Positions 1 to 12,657 of a stretch of 64,000 bases of DNA are shown one piece after another; position 1 is the first letter of the stretch, and each line of letters begins with the position of its first letter. The notes beneath the pieces are model-generated. The model did not search any database and was not told the origin of the DNA. It worked only from the letters and a program-made list of their open reading frames with translations. The translations under genes were made by a program, and so were the position numbers. The stretch comes from Zygnema circumcarinatum SAG 698-1b (taxonomy: Eukaryota > Plantae > Zygnematophyceae): the NCBI GenBank assembly GCA_037447605.1, contig CM074814.1:2542001-2606000 (forward strand), in the 5' to 3' direction.

Positions 1-2592
1 TCCGTAGATCGTGATCTGCCGTTGTGAATCGCCGTCGTGAACATCCTCGATTAGCTGCCATGGCGTACCATGAACAAGGTACAGCCCTCATGGCATGGCC
101 AGGCTGCGCCTTGGCGAGATGGGAGTATCAACACCGCCTTGGCTTATGATGGTCATGGGTTTTGCAGGGTGCAAATTCAGCGATGCGCCTATCCCATTTA
201 TGCAGAATACGGTGTGGCTGGGATGGAAAAAGTCAATTGGGCTTTTGACCATAGTTAGCCAGGCACTCCCTAAATTAACATCGTTCCGGTGGCGGTTGGC
301 TGGCAGAGGCGCTGCGCTGCCCGGGTAGGATTGGAGCTTGATCTTGAGTGTGGCGCTGCGGGGGGTCAGCGCCCGAAATTAAAATGCGAAAGTAACACTT
401 TGGTGGGGAGTGCACATGGTCAATCAAATCTCTACGGGTGAGCCTTGAGGAAGACAACAAAGTTAGCACATCTGCCCGGTGTCCTAGCGGTATCCTTCCT
501 TGCTTAGCGGGGTGGCCATTAGGCGACCGGTGAAGGTCATTGCACGATGGGCAAGATGGAACGCTGATTGCTGCATACACGAGGGTGAGGGCGGCATTAT
601 CGCGCAAAAATTGTAGAGGATCCAACGATCAGGCTTAATTGGAATCCCTTCCATCATCTGCACCAACACGCGTACTTTACTTTTTCGCTTCATTTTACCA
701 GCACTTAATTTGGCGTTAGGAAAAAGTCTGGCTTACCAAGTCGCGGAACAGCATACGTAGAGATAATAGGAAGTATCCCCAAGACAAGCAAAAGGCATCC
801 ATGGCACATCTCATCAAGACATCATCCCCGCGAGAGGTTTGAGCAGCACACCGGCCCGCATCACTACATCCCATAAACCTAGAGGTCCACCACGGTGGAG
901 GACATGGAATGGGGAAGCGCATGACACTTTGGCGGTGTTGAGTCACCCAGCAAGTTAAAAGCATGTCCGTGGTCCTAAGCCACAAAAGTCCCTTAACATT
1001 GACGGCAACTGTCCTCCCACCCCCTAACCTGCTTTCTCCACCAGCGGCTGACTCCTAAAAGCTGGTGGGTTGGGGAACACCCCGGCCCTTGCCCGCGTGG
1101 TGCCGGGAGGCGTCCGGGACATATGCCCCTCCTTGCTGACGAAAGCGGAAACACTTGTTCGCATCCTTCTCCCATTTCCTGCAGTCCACAGCTTGGCGTG
1201 CGGTGGGTGGGCAGGCAGCCACTTCCGAAACGCTACGCTTATTCTTTCTGCCATCTTGAAGTGCTTTGAGATCCGCCCAGCCACCGATACACACAAAAGT
1301 CGCCCGACCTCTCTTTGGGGTGGGAGGGGCACATAGCTGGGAGGTGCATGTGAATGGCTGCATCCAGAAGTACGAGCAGGTGGTAGGGGTTACAGGTTTC
1401 AGTCAGGTGGGTTAGTTACTTGGCCTTCCTCGGGTGTGGCTTCAAACCACCATTCTGAAGTGGAAAAAGAACTCAACCTATGGGCCATTGTTGTGTTTGG
1501 GGGCGCCGCTGGCCCTTGAGATCTCATGGCCTTGGCGGTACCCGGTTTGGACCATGTTAGAGGTATCCGGTCCAAAAGGCGGGATCAAGGCTTAAAGTGC
1601 TTGATAAGTTCATCTCTAGGAGACTTACATCGATGCGTCCAATCTCGCTGAGGAAAACTCGCGCGGTATGCGGCTCCTCGCGAGAGTCTTGGAAAAGCAA
1701 AACACCCAGGAGAGAGAGAGAGGGCAGGTTGAGGTATAAGAAGAAGGTAACCCGCCGTTTGACCCAACCACTGCTCAATCCGGCGATCCATTAGTAGAAT
1801 GTTAGCTAAAAGGAAAGCGGGGCCACTGGCTAATTCAGTGGGGCGTCCTCAGTGATGAGTTCCCAGAGAGGGGCGGTCAGGGGAACCGGGGATGCCTCAC
1901 TTGGCGCTGCTGAGCCGCGAGGGTCCCCGCTGGCAGGTAGTTACGTCACCCGGTAGGTGACTTCCCCAATGGACAAGCCAAAGGCGTGGACTTACGCGGT
2001 TGCTTCCGGCAGCGGTGAAGACGCCGGTAAGCGGCGATGCGCGGTGGTGTACTAACCCGTCCCGGGACTGCGCATCCGCTGCCTCGAAGGCTGAGGGTTG
2101 GGCATACCTTCCCGATGATTGAGCCTCTCCGCCCGAGCTCACGAACTCCATCTGGAAGCGTGTCACGGCCGTGTCGGACGTGGCTTCCATGTGCGTCCAC
2201 AGCACCGAAGCGGCTCGCGTATTCCGCGTTGCTCCCTCACACTCTTCCCCAGATCCTCAATCCTGTTCCTCATTTTCTGGGCCGCGCCCACGGTGATGTG
2301 GGCCCCGATCATGGGGTAGGGCCCAGTTGAGGCTTCTACCGGAGCCACGGGCTCCGGTTGGGTGGGAAGAGGGGCGGTGTTCTCCGGGTGACCTTGATCA
2401 CCCGTGGGCTCGGGACTCGGCCCCTCCATAGGGACGGGCGTGGTCTCCAAATTCTCCTCCATCACCTCATGCCGGGGGAGAGGTGGTGGAGGTGAAAAAG
2501 CTGACTTAGGGGCCGGTTACAAGCCCGGCTGGCTGGTGCCCCATGACCCACTAGGTTCTCGAGGAGAAGGCACTTAGCGGCCTCGATACCAA
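1..2592 (-). mobile_element. Ty3/gypsy (chromovirus) 5' internal region: PBS, degenerate gag and aspartic protease; heavily frameshifted
   Basis: The minus strand after the LTR end (...TGCTACA at 2593) reads TTGGTATCGAGG, a tRNA-iMet-like PBS (2581-2592). Gag-like fragments: MMEENLETTPVP... (2163-2465), and REEPHTARVFLSEI and RDELIKHFKP (about 1560-1790). A protease-like MTFTGR...DTG(A)..ANFV reads across frameshifts at about 470-550. It runs toward RT at the window start. Confidence 0.7.
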
Positions 2593-3305
2593 TGTAGCAT
2601 TTGAAAGACCACCTCTTGACTGCTTGGCGGAATTACACACCCCGGCACTCCGCGAGGGTTGAGGAGAGCTCGGAGTGGGGAGCAGCCGGAGACGGTGCAT
2701 GGGCGCGGTGGTTGGTGGCAGCGGTCACCCAGCCCCTTTACGCAGCTCCCCGTTGAACCTCCCTACCGGCATGGAGGATTGGAGCGGTACATCCAATGGC
2801 GGCCCGCCCGCGTGTCCCTCTCGACTCGAATGGGTCGGTGGCCCTGCTGTCTGATACTTTCGCCGCATTCGCGGCGCGCGCGCTTTGGCAGCGGCGCCGC
2901 CCAGCTGCGTGTCGGTGCGGTGGATCCTAGCGAGAAGTAGCGAGGTCCGGCAGCCAGTCCGTTAAATACCAGCGGGTTCCGAAGTAGCTACATGCGGACG
3001 AGCGGTAATTCGAAAGGGGATCGGGCGTGGCGCAGATCAATCAGCCCGGGGACGGATTGGTCGCGTGGTGCCCGTCCAACCCGTGATCCTCCTACGAGAG
3101 GAGGGACCTTGGCGGCCCGGCGTGGGGCCGCTAGAATTATGTGGCGGCCCGGGTGGAGCCGATTCTTATGGTTGAACTTAGGACCTCCACGTCGTCACGG
3201 CAGAATTGTCCGTGCGCTTAGCGGGTTAGATGCTAGATTTGGATGGAAACATAAAACGCGCCCGGGCTCCTAAGTAACCCTTTCCCGCAGAATTGTTGTA
3301 GCGTT
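2593..3305 (-). mobile_element. Chromovirus 5' LTR (about 710 bp)
   Basis: Its reverse complement matches both ends of the + strand LTR at 12658-14045 (GAAAGGG..TTAG..GCC..GGC..TTTATGTTTCC near the start; CGCGCCC..GGAGCTCTC..GTGTGTAATTCC..GAGGTG near the end). It ends in GCTACA followed by the PBS. The boundary at 3305 is approximate. Confidence 0.7.
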
Positions 3306-3309
3306 TGTC

Positions 3310-3821
3310 TGGCCGAGAATGTGACTCGGGCTGGGTGGGCGGAGGACATGGCTGCTTGCGGCGTATTGCCTATCACGGTGGCAGTGGGGAGCGAGGGGGA
3401 TCGTGGCGGGGAGCGGTGAGACATCGAGAAGCGAGCAAGGCGCTGGCGGCGGACATGGAGGCTTATTGGGCGGTGGGAGTGCGGCGAATGAGGGCTGGCG
3501 GCTCCGCGGTGTAGGCATTTATGGTGCTTAGTGCTTGGCTTAAGAATTACTCTCGTAGTTCTGATTAATGCGGCCCGAGGCCTTGTGTGAGGCGTTTAGA
3601 AGCTGTGTGTTGAACTGCCGAGAGAAGGGGGTGTTTAAGAGTAGTGCTGGAAGCTTAGTCTTTGAATATACTCTATGTAATCATCCTGCCTTTTATGTAA
3701 TGGAGTTTTAGGCACGAGGAAACTTTCTCCATATTTTTCAGCGTGTTTCCCTTGTGTGTCTCTGGAGTCTGTAATGTCTTCAGTGAGTGAGGGGCAACGT
3801 CAGAGGGAACTTATCTCGACA
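3310..3821 (+). mobile_element. Distal about 510 bp of the Ty1/copia 3' LTR
   Basis: Colinear with the reverse complement of 18499-19010 (shared GGGCGGAGGACATGG, GGCGGACATGGAGGCTTATTGG, AATATACTCTATGTAATCATCCTGCCTTT, TTTCTCCATATTTTTCAGCG). It ends ...CTCGACA and is followed by AACTA (3822-3826). Confidence 0.85.
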
Positions 3822-4237
3822 AACTAAGTAAGCTTAAGTACCAAAACCGCAGCCTTAAGCATGGCTGCAAAAGGTCACCAATGTTAGACAGCCCCATTTA
3901 CTCTTTGTTTTGAGATTCTACGTAATTAAGGCAAGATCTTAAGTTGTGGCCTGTTTGCGTGCAATTGGAACATTTTTTCCCTTCAGCGTACTCGATATGG
4001 CTCTTGTCCCGGCTGATTGCCAAACTGCGCGGTTAGTAGGTCGACCTCGTTTCTTCATAACCGGGTGTGGGTTTTGCAACTGCAATGGTTCGAGGGGGGG
4101 CAGCGGAGGGGACGAAAGGGGCGGGAAAAAGATTTTTTCCCGAAATATTCAAAACTGGGGGGTAACCAAAACGGGCAGGAAAATTTTTCAAAACGGGGGT
4201 GCGAAAGACAAAACGCGGGGGTGCAGTAGAGTTACCC
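3822..4237 (+). mobile_element. One arm of a non-autonomous Mutator-like (MULE) element; TIR about 4101-4237; 9-bp TSD TAAAAAAAG at 4238-4246
   Basis: A 137-bp segment nearly identical to 19572-19708 (about 4 differences by eye) ends in GGGGTGCAGTAGAGTTACCC. The flank TAAAAAAAG is the exact reverse complement of the flank CTTTTTTTA (19709-19717) of the other copy. Long TIRs with a 9-bp TSD are typical of Mutator elements. Confidence 0.8.
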
Positions 4238-4616
4238 TAAAAAAAGCATTTCTAGCCGTTGGGACCCTGAATCTCGGATTCCGTGACTTTAGGAAGGTCT
4301 GCTTGCTAGATGCCGCACCGTACAGATGTGTACAAACTGTACGGAGTGTAAGTAGTCCGTACGGGACCTTTTCGATCGGCATTTTAGGTTTCGTTTCGCG
4401 TCGCGCGGGGACGTATGTCCGCGCGGCACCGATTAGGGTTACGGTTGGACGACTTTGCTCCCTGAGGGGCGAGAGGGAGAGGGAGGGAGAGAAGGGGAGA
4501 GGGAGAGGGCGAGGGAGAGGGAGAGGGGGAGGGGGAGAGGGGAGAGGGGGAGGGGGGAGGGAAGTCGACATTTCGATGTCCTTTGCTTATGTGTGGTTAG
4601 CGCAAACATATCCGCT

Positions 4617-7108
4617 ATGGTTAATCTGAACCCGGACGGCGATTCTATGCCCGACCCTGCTCGCATATCGCTGCAGAAATTCAGACTCTATGAGACGCGA
4701 GCGGTGATGTTTTTTTACTCTGCCCTTCCGTTATTTTCATTTTGATTTGATTTTCCGTCAATCTCGGTTTTCTGGTGCGTTTCTTGTTTTCTTTAGGGAT
4801 TTCTTTCTCAAATTGTCTTCACTAGCTTCGTTTTGATTTTTGGTTTATCTTTTTTAACTGTGTTCAAACGGTCTGAATACCTTAAATCGATAGCAGCTTT
4901 CGAAATTTGAAAGAAATTGAAACTCCCAAATCGCTGCTTTCTGAAAAGTGTGGACTCCGAAACAACTCAAAACTTGAATGCGCAAGAGACTGAGATATTC
5001 ATTAGTCCCTAAAATCGAAAGCCTTGATTCCCTTCAAAGCCCGCAAACCCTACGACATAGAGACCGAAATATCCGTGAAACTCTAAGAATCCTCCGCCTG
5101 TGTTTCCTGAGTGAAGTATCTTAGGATCTGAAGGAGTAAGAATTTGCCAATAGAGAGTTTTTTTTTTTTCTCTTTCGCAGACAATATCTCTTTCTCTCGC
5201 TCTCTCTCTTTTTTTTCTCTCTCTCTCGCTCTCTCTCTTACACGCTCTCCCATATACGCACACCCTTTCTCACACTCTCTATCGCAAACAGAAACGTTCT
5301 CTTTTTCAATCTCTTGCAGACCCACACACACACGCATAACCCTTGGTTATCTGAATGCATGGCCGGCTAGCAGAGATATTTTTTGCACTATATGAGGCCA
5401 CCGATTTTGATGTCTTTGGCCAATTTGAATGGAATTCTACAATGTCAAATACAAGCACAAGCCTAAAATTTTGTGACTTTCTGAAGTCATCAGTTTGAAC
5501 CTGTCGAGGTTGTAAACATGCAATTTTTTGAGATTGCCATTTTGTATCCTATCATGCAGCGCTTCTACCTCGTGGGGATGGACAAAACTAAGCGGCATTG
5601 GCGGATCCTCAAGATCGATCGATCTGAGCCGTGCGATCTTGTGATTGTGGAAGATCCAACGGTGTACACGGAGCAGCGCTGTAAGCAGCTCCTTTTGCAG
5701 CTCGCTGAAGGAAACAAGAGCTCCGGAGGGCTCCAATTTGTCACTAAGGCGTACGGCATAGTCGGTACGTGCCAATCCTGGGCCGCCAGCTGGCACCTGT
5801 TACTTAGGCTGACATCCGGAAAACCCTGCCACGTGGCACTTTGTCAAAGATCGTAGTGGCATGAGGCAGCGCAGACTTCCACGTGGCAGCTTTTTACTTG
5901 CAAGCGATGTCATGAGACTGCCAGCTGTCCCTTTGTAGATGACGCAGGGCTGATGTGGCATTGGCCAACGTCAGGCTGCCACCTGGCGCCTGTCATAAGC
6001 AGTCCTTGATTCAACTGGAGGATTGAAAGTTACCCTGTCTCTCTCTTTCTCCCTCCCTCCCTCCCTCCCTCCCCCCCCATCCCTCTCTCCCTTGTTTCCA
6101 AAGTACACACGGACTGTCTCGCTCCCTCTTTCTTTCTTCTCTCTCTCTCTCTCTCTCTCTCTCGCTCTCTCTCTCTCCCTTCTTAATCTATACATCCTGT
6201 ATGTGTTGCGGGGCAGGATTCACCAAATTTTTGGAGTCATGGTACATGATCTTAATCACAAAGCGACGCCAAATCGGGTCCATATGTGGACATGTCGTGT
6301 ACGGAATCGACGAATCGCAATTTCTCACTATCCCACATGCGAGTGTCCAATCCGACACTGCCAGCTGTAAGACGGAGCAGAGGTTGGTGGGACGAGGCAA
6401 ACACAAGATTCAAAAAGACATCAATTGGAGTATACTTCATTCCATTTCGTTATTTTCCTTTTTAGATGTGTTGTAAGAAATGCACATGTTTTTTATAATC
6501 TGCACTTGTATTTGACAAGTTCCTTATCCAAGCCTCAAATATCTACGTATGCCTCTCCCCCTCCTCTCTCTCTCACCCACTCTCCCTCTACCCCCCTCTC
6601 TCTCTCTCTCTCTTACCTCACACGCACTTCCCAGATCCCTGAAATGCTGAACGTCGAGTCCCTAAACCCTAAGGAAACGAAACCACTCATTTGTGAAAGT
6701 CCTAAACCGAACCCCACTCTCTCCCATGCCACTCCCTCTCTCTCTCTCTCCCACAAAGGTACAAGAAGCTTCTCTCCGGAGTAGACCTCACCAAAGACTT
6801 CTACTTTAGCTACACCTACCCCATCATGCGAACTCTCCAAAGGAATGTTGCCGGCCCGCGCCCTCCTGGTACAAATGGTACGACCGTACAAGCGGAGGGA
6901 GAGAGTACGAGGGAGCCTTATGAGAGCATGTTTGTGTGGAATGCATATCTCACACGCGGAGTGCGGGAGATGCTCGGGAATACGAATTGGACAGTAGCAC
7001 TCTGTCACGGCTACTTTCAGCAGGTGGGAGGAGGGAGTAGGCGGTGGGTGGGAGGGGGGTGGGAAGGGTCCTTGCATGTTCGTCCGCTCTCTCTCTCTCT
7101 CTCTCACA

Positions 7109-7146
<38 letters not shown>

Positions 7147-9462
7147 CTGCTTCTTTCTTGCCTCGCTTTGTCCCTCTTGCTCTCCTTGTTTTTTTCTTGC
7201 CTCTCTCTCCCTCTGCTTCTTTCTTGCCTCCCTTTGCCTCGCTTTGCCACACTCCCTTCTCTCCGTCCGTCCCTCCTCTCCGCCCCCTCTCCCTCTCGCT
7301 CCCTTCCCTCCCTCTCTCCCTATCTGCGTCTGTCATTCCTACAGCACCTTGCAAAGATTGTGTATTCTGGGGTTTCGATGAAGGATTATGTGCGGTTCGA
7401 TTGTGTGGGCAGGCTCGGCTTTCAATATTTGGACGTGTTTTTGTAATTACGCTTATAGCACGACGTTCTCGTCATTTTGCCGGTACAAGGTGGGGAGATT
7501 CAACTCCTCTTTCTCGCCCTCTTATGTCCTCCCTTTCCTTTCTCTCTCCCTCCTCCTCACTCCACCCTCCTCCTTTCACCTCCTTTCCTAACTCAGTTTC
7601 TATCATGAGTGAAAGAAAGAGTCACTATTCTCACTTAATCCAAAAGCGATGTGACTGTCAGCGAAGATAACATCACGTGATGTACCTTTGTTCTTCCTAT
7701 TTGGCCTTCAAAGTCGTCACCAGACATTTACCAAATCTAATCAACAATAAAGTGATTAGCGCAGTTAAGTAGAAACTCCATTCCTCGTTTGACATGTTTT
7801 TACTCCAATGCACTTTGATTTTGTACTATTTTGTTGAAATGTCAGATATTTGAAGAGGGGAGTGAATGACAAAGGTCGGGTTGCAAACGAAGTCGAAACG
7901 GAGCAGATAGTGTCGGATGAAAATTACGAAGGAGGAGGGGGGCCCCCACATATGACCTCCGTTGTTCAGTTGAGGGGCTCTATTCCGCTCTACTGGTCAC
8001 AAGAAACGTCGAGGCTCAGTGCAAAACCGGACATACAATGTAAGGAACATGAGAGAGGGTGGGAGAGGGATGAAAAGGAGAGGGAGAGTGGGGGAGGCTG
8101 GGGGAGGACGGGAGAGGGTTGGAGTAGGTGGGAGACAGGGTAGAGGAGAGTGAGGAAGGGTGGGAGTAAGTGACAAAGGGCGGAGGAGGGTGGTAGAGGG
8201 TGAGTGAGGTGGTGCGAGAGGTTGGGAGAGTTTGGGAATGGACGGTGAAGGCTGGAGAGGATGAGAGAGGACGGGGGACGGTGGGAGAGGAAAGGAGAAT
8301 GGGAGGCAAGTGTGAGAGGGTGAAAATTAGCAAGGAGAAGGGCCTGGGAAGGCGAGAAGGGACGAAATGAGGGAGAGAATGGGAGTGGTGTACGAGCGAG
8401 CACCGAAGGAGTCGGAATAGGTTGGGAAGAGGGAAAAACAAAGGCAGAGAGTGAGGGAGTAGAAGAGAAAACGAGGAGAGAGGCGGACAAACAGAGTAGG
8501 AGAGAGCAAAGATTGATGAATGAGTGGGCAGTGAAGATAGTGAGAGAGTGTGGGAAGAAGTTATCGAGGTGTCTCTCCTTGTTTTTTGTTTGGTATTTAA
8601 GTGGTTGGCTTCAAAATTCTCTCTTATTGTTTTTTAGGATTAGGGTTTGGCAGTGCACAAATTTGACCCCATGTATACAAGCACTCGACTCCACTTTGAA
8701 GATTTGGAGGATCGCTATGGAAACCCCATTATCATTTTGAATCTTATCAAGGTATGAAAGGGAGGGGAACGAGGCGAGGGAGAGGGAGAGAAGTAAGTAG
8801 TGGAGAAAGAAGGGGGGGGGGGGTGGGGAAGCGAGTTAGGAGCGGGTGAAAGGGGAAAGCGAAAGGGCGGAGGGAGAGAGGTAAGTGCGGGAGAGAGGGA
8901 AGGGAAACGGCCTGGGAGAGGAAAATGCGGGAGAGAGAGACGGGAAGAGGGGGGGGTGTGAGAGGTACGTGCGGGAGTGAGAGAAAGGGAGAAGGCTGAG
9001 GGGAGAGGTAGAGTGATGAGGAGAGGATAGAGGGAGAAAAGGCGGAGGGGAGAGGTACGAACGGACGAGAGAGAAAGGGAGGACGGAGGCGGAAATGTAA
9101 GTGCGGGAGAGAGGGTAGGGAAGAGAGCGGAGTGGGAGTGAAGGACAGAGAGAAGGGGAGAGGACGGAGAAAGAGGTAGGAGGGGGGGCGAGCGAAGAGA
9201 GAAGAAGGGCTTCCCTAGTCTCATTTCCTTTACTTCCTCCTCTCCTTTGACTTCTACCTCTTTCTCTCTCTTCTTCCTCTCTCCCTCCTTCATTCCCCCA
9301 TTGACCCAAATGCGATCCTTTGTATCAGACGTTTGAAAAGCGACCTCGGGAGATGATTTTGCGGCGGGAATTTGGAAAAGCAGCGACTTATCTCAACCTT
9401 GTACGGCCCCCAGGAGCGGAACTGCTCTTTATTCAATGGGATTTCCACAAATTCTCAAAAAG
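4617..9462 (+). CDS. SAC: SAC-domain phosphoinositide phosphatase, plant SAC1-5/FIG4 type; 5' partial (8 exons, interrupted by the N gap)
   Basis: Exons 4617-4703, 5560-5764, 6217-6382, 6759-7023, 7413-7489, 7846-8039, 8654-8751 and 9329-9462 splice in frame with GT-AG. Motifs: [94 protein letters not shown]. The catalytic CX5R region was not found in the window. Confidence 0.93.
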
Positions 9463-9501
9463 GTATGTTTGGCGTCTCTCTCTCTTTCACTCTCGCCTCC
9501 C

Positions 9502-9549
<48 letters not shown>

Positions 9550-9629
9550 TCTCTCTTTCTCGCACTCTCTTTCTATCTATCGCTATCCCCCACTGGTGTC
9601 TTCAACTTTCCTCTCATACTTTTCTTTCT

Positions 9630-9729
9630 NNNNNNNNNNNNNNNNNNNNNNNNNNNNNNNNNNNNNNNNNNNNNNNNNNNNNNNNNNNNNNNNNNNNNNN
9701 NNNNNNNNNNNNNNNNNNNNNNNNNNNNN
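9630..9729. other. Assembly gap (100 N, size unknown)
   Basis: Run of 100 N between a SAC intron and gypsy RT sequence. Confidence 1.
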
Positions 9730-12430
9730 CCCAGCAAGATCCTTTGTAAGGAGTCTCGATTTGCTTTACCCGCGTATCGATGATACATTTGGATGGCTCT
9801 TCCGCTTGGCGCCCGAGTGTTTACTTCACTTTCGATCTTGCTTTCGAGGGGTACCATGGATCCAGCGTCACGGAAGGCGATGTGCCAAAAGCTTTCCAGC
9901 GTTAGGGCGCCGATTGGTCATTTCCAATATAAGGTGTTGCCCTTTGGATTGACTAATGCTCCGGCGACTTTCCAGGCTGTGATGAACGAGATGTTCATAG
10001 GCATGGATGACTTTGTTTTGGTTTACCTCGATGATATCCTTGTCTTCAGTAAGACGGAGGAGGAACATCTTGAACATGTTCGGAAAGTGTTTGAGACCCT
10101 GAGGAAACACCAATTTTATGCCAAGAGGAAGAAGTGTCACTTCATGCAACGTGACTTGCTTTATCTTGGGCATATTCTCAATGATCAGGGCCTTCGGCCT
10201 GACCCTGCCAAAGTTTCAGCGGTAGAAGCTTGGGCACCACCGGTACGAACTGCACCCGGTTAGGGTCGCTTTTACGGGCTTTGTGATTATTTTAAGTATT
10301 AAAGTTCATCCAAGGGGTTCCAGTAAGGCGGTTGCCCCCTTGACTGAATTTGACGCGTTCGGTGTACGCTTTTCATGGGCCTGAATGCGGGATGCATTGA
10401 AGGTGTCGCGCCATGCCCTTGTTACGCACCCACGCTACCGTTTAGGGTTAAAATTCCCAAACCTTATGAAGTGGTTTTGTGATGCTTGGGGATTAGCCTT
10501 GGAGTGCGAATCTTGTTTCAAGGGCCATTAATAGAGAGTCGCCAAAATGAATCGGCCGGCGCCAACTGATACCTTGTGAGCGAGGAGGCGCTTTACTTGA
10601 TGGTCCATACGAGGACATGGCCGGTGCTATTTAGAGGCCAGCCGGTCCACCCGGTCAGCGACCACCGCCCGGCGGCGTTCCTCTCAGCCCAGCGGACCAT
10701 GCAGTGGCTGAGCACTTGGCCCAGGTGAGTTCCTCCCATGAGTTTGGTACCCGGTGGGTTTGCTTGCTCGGCCGGAGAATTTGAATGTAGCGGAACCCAG
10801 TGAGGCAGCCTGAAGCATCTTCTGGATGAGTGGCTAAATCGACTCGAGTGTTGGTGGAGCGAGATGGCGAGGAGGTGAGGCAGCCAACCCCAGTCTCAGT
10901 ACATGGCTTTGTCATAGATCCCTCCACCGTGTTGTGCTTGATCCAGCCTCACCACTCTCTACGATCTCGAGACGGATGATTCCGGGGAGGGGTATCACTG
11001 GTGATCCTTTATTCTGGATAGCGAGGAAATGGCTATAAGGACAAGTGTGGTGTCTAGGGCCAGGATGCAGTGCCACGGCCAGCGGTTGGTGGTGCCAGGG
11101 CGGGGTATGCGGCGTCGATACGGGTGAGAGCTACATGATCACACCGCGTGCCGGTCACATAGGGTTGCAAAACCCGTGAGGAGCCTTAGCTGCTCCGAGG
11201 GATTACAGTGGCACGGACTCGAGGGATGTCGGCGTAATATGCTAAGCTTGTCCAGCTTGTCAGCGAAACAAACCCGCTTGCCCCGGGCGGGGATCCGCAC
11301 GGCGAACGCAGCCCCTCACACACCTCCTTTTTTAGGAAATGGGATGAATTGTGGGTATGGACTTGATCACAGATCTTCCTGTCACACCTCGGGGGCATGA
11401 CTCCATCCTCGTCTTTGTCGATCGACTCAGCAAGATGGTGCATTTTGCACCAACTACTAAGACCGCTGGGGCCGACGACATTGCACGGTTGTATGTTGAC
11501 AAAGTGTGGAGCCAGCATGGTCTTCAGTCAGAAATTGTGTCTGACCGTGATCCACGATTCACCGGCCATTTTTGGACGGAAGTGCTCAAAATCGTTGGGA
11601 CCAAGCAGGCGTTGAGTACAGCTTACCACCCGCAAACCGATGGCCAGACGGAACGGGTGAACAGGATCCTGGAGGATTACCTCCGGCATTATGTGGGACC
11701 CACCCCGGATGGGTGGGATGAACTGCTCCCAGTGGCTGAGTACGCCATTAATAATGCTTTCCAGGAATCCATTGGTACCACCCCTTTCTTCCTGAACTTT
11801 GGCGGCATCCTCTAAATCCCACGCAGCAAAAAGGGATCAGCCCACGATCCGTGGAACATAAATCCGCGAAACCCGATCGCCCAGAGACTGAAGTGGGACT
11901 CAACCTCGCGATTGCAGTCTTTTGTCCGACTAATATGCAGTATTGCGAAGAGCGCGGCGGACCACGCTAACGGCGTGCGCGACAAAAGGCCTATCTTTAG
12001 AACCCGTCACCCGTACTTAACTCACCTTCAGCGAAAGCGTGAGATGTGTGTTGCTAAATGCAGCTGGCCGAACTTGAGACTCCACCCAAAAGCTTATGGC
12101 GAGAAACCACGTAAATTTGTGGCCTTCATCCGGACCTTCGGGGGTGCGAATCAATGATAACTACAGGTTGATTTGCATCCCATGAAGGTGCATCGGTCTT
12201 TCATGTGGGTTTGCTAAAGATCTCTGAAGTAGCGATGGGAGAGATCAAACCACCTCCCCACCCGATTGGAACTTGAAGGTGACTTGTGAGTATGAAGTTG
12301 AAACCATTCAAGCCCACACGTATTGTGAGAATTAGATCTTCGATCCGCGAATACCTCGTGAGAGTGGGTTGGAGTATAGGGTTGAACATAGCACATGGGA
12401 AGCCAGAGCGGCACCCAACCAGTGCAGGGA
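9730..12430 (+). mobile_element. Ty3/gypsy chromovirus pol: RT, RNase H, integrase and chromodomain (frameshifted)
   Basis: RT: GHFQYKVLPFGLTNAPATFQ, VYLDDILVFS, KKCHF, YLGH (9793-10263). Integrase: GMDLITDLP, FVDRLSKMVHF, IVSDRDPRFT, STAYHPQTDGQTERVNR (11351-11815). Chromodomain-like YEVETIQAH...EYLV.(W).GY..EHSTWEPE at about 12290-12410. Confidence 0.92.
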
Positions 12431-12657
12431 GCTCATCGATTTATGCTTGGGGCGGGCAGCGAGGCCGAGGCGAGAAGCGGCGTAGGGGTTCCGGGCGTCA
12501 GCGCAACTTTCGGAAAGGACGGCCGGGATTATGTCAGCGAGCCTCCCGCGATTGCTCCAGCGTAGAAGTTCGGCGCGTCTTGGATTGAAGCCACGGTGCG
12601 CTTTACCACCCAGCTGGCTGGCGTGAGCGAGGCGTTAGCGTTCTCCTGAGGGGGTAA

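Noticed and set aside
3207-3821. Initial reading as an independent solo copia LTR starting at TGTC (3207)
   Set aside because: No matching TSD. Positions 3207-3305 align better to the gypsy LTR, and 3310-3821 complements 14045-14255 as one split LTR.
5770-6010. CCACGTGGC-rich patch in SAC intron 2 as a possible MITE or enhancer
   Set aside because: No terminal repeats or TSD could be identified by eye; G-box cores alone are insufficient.
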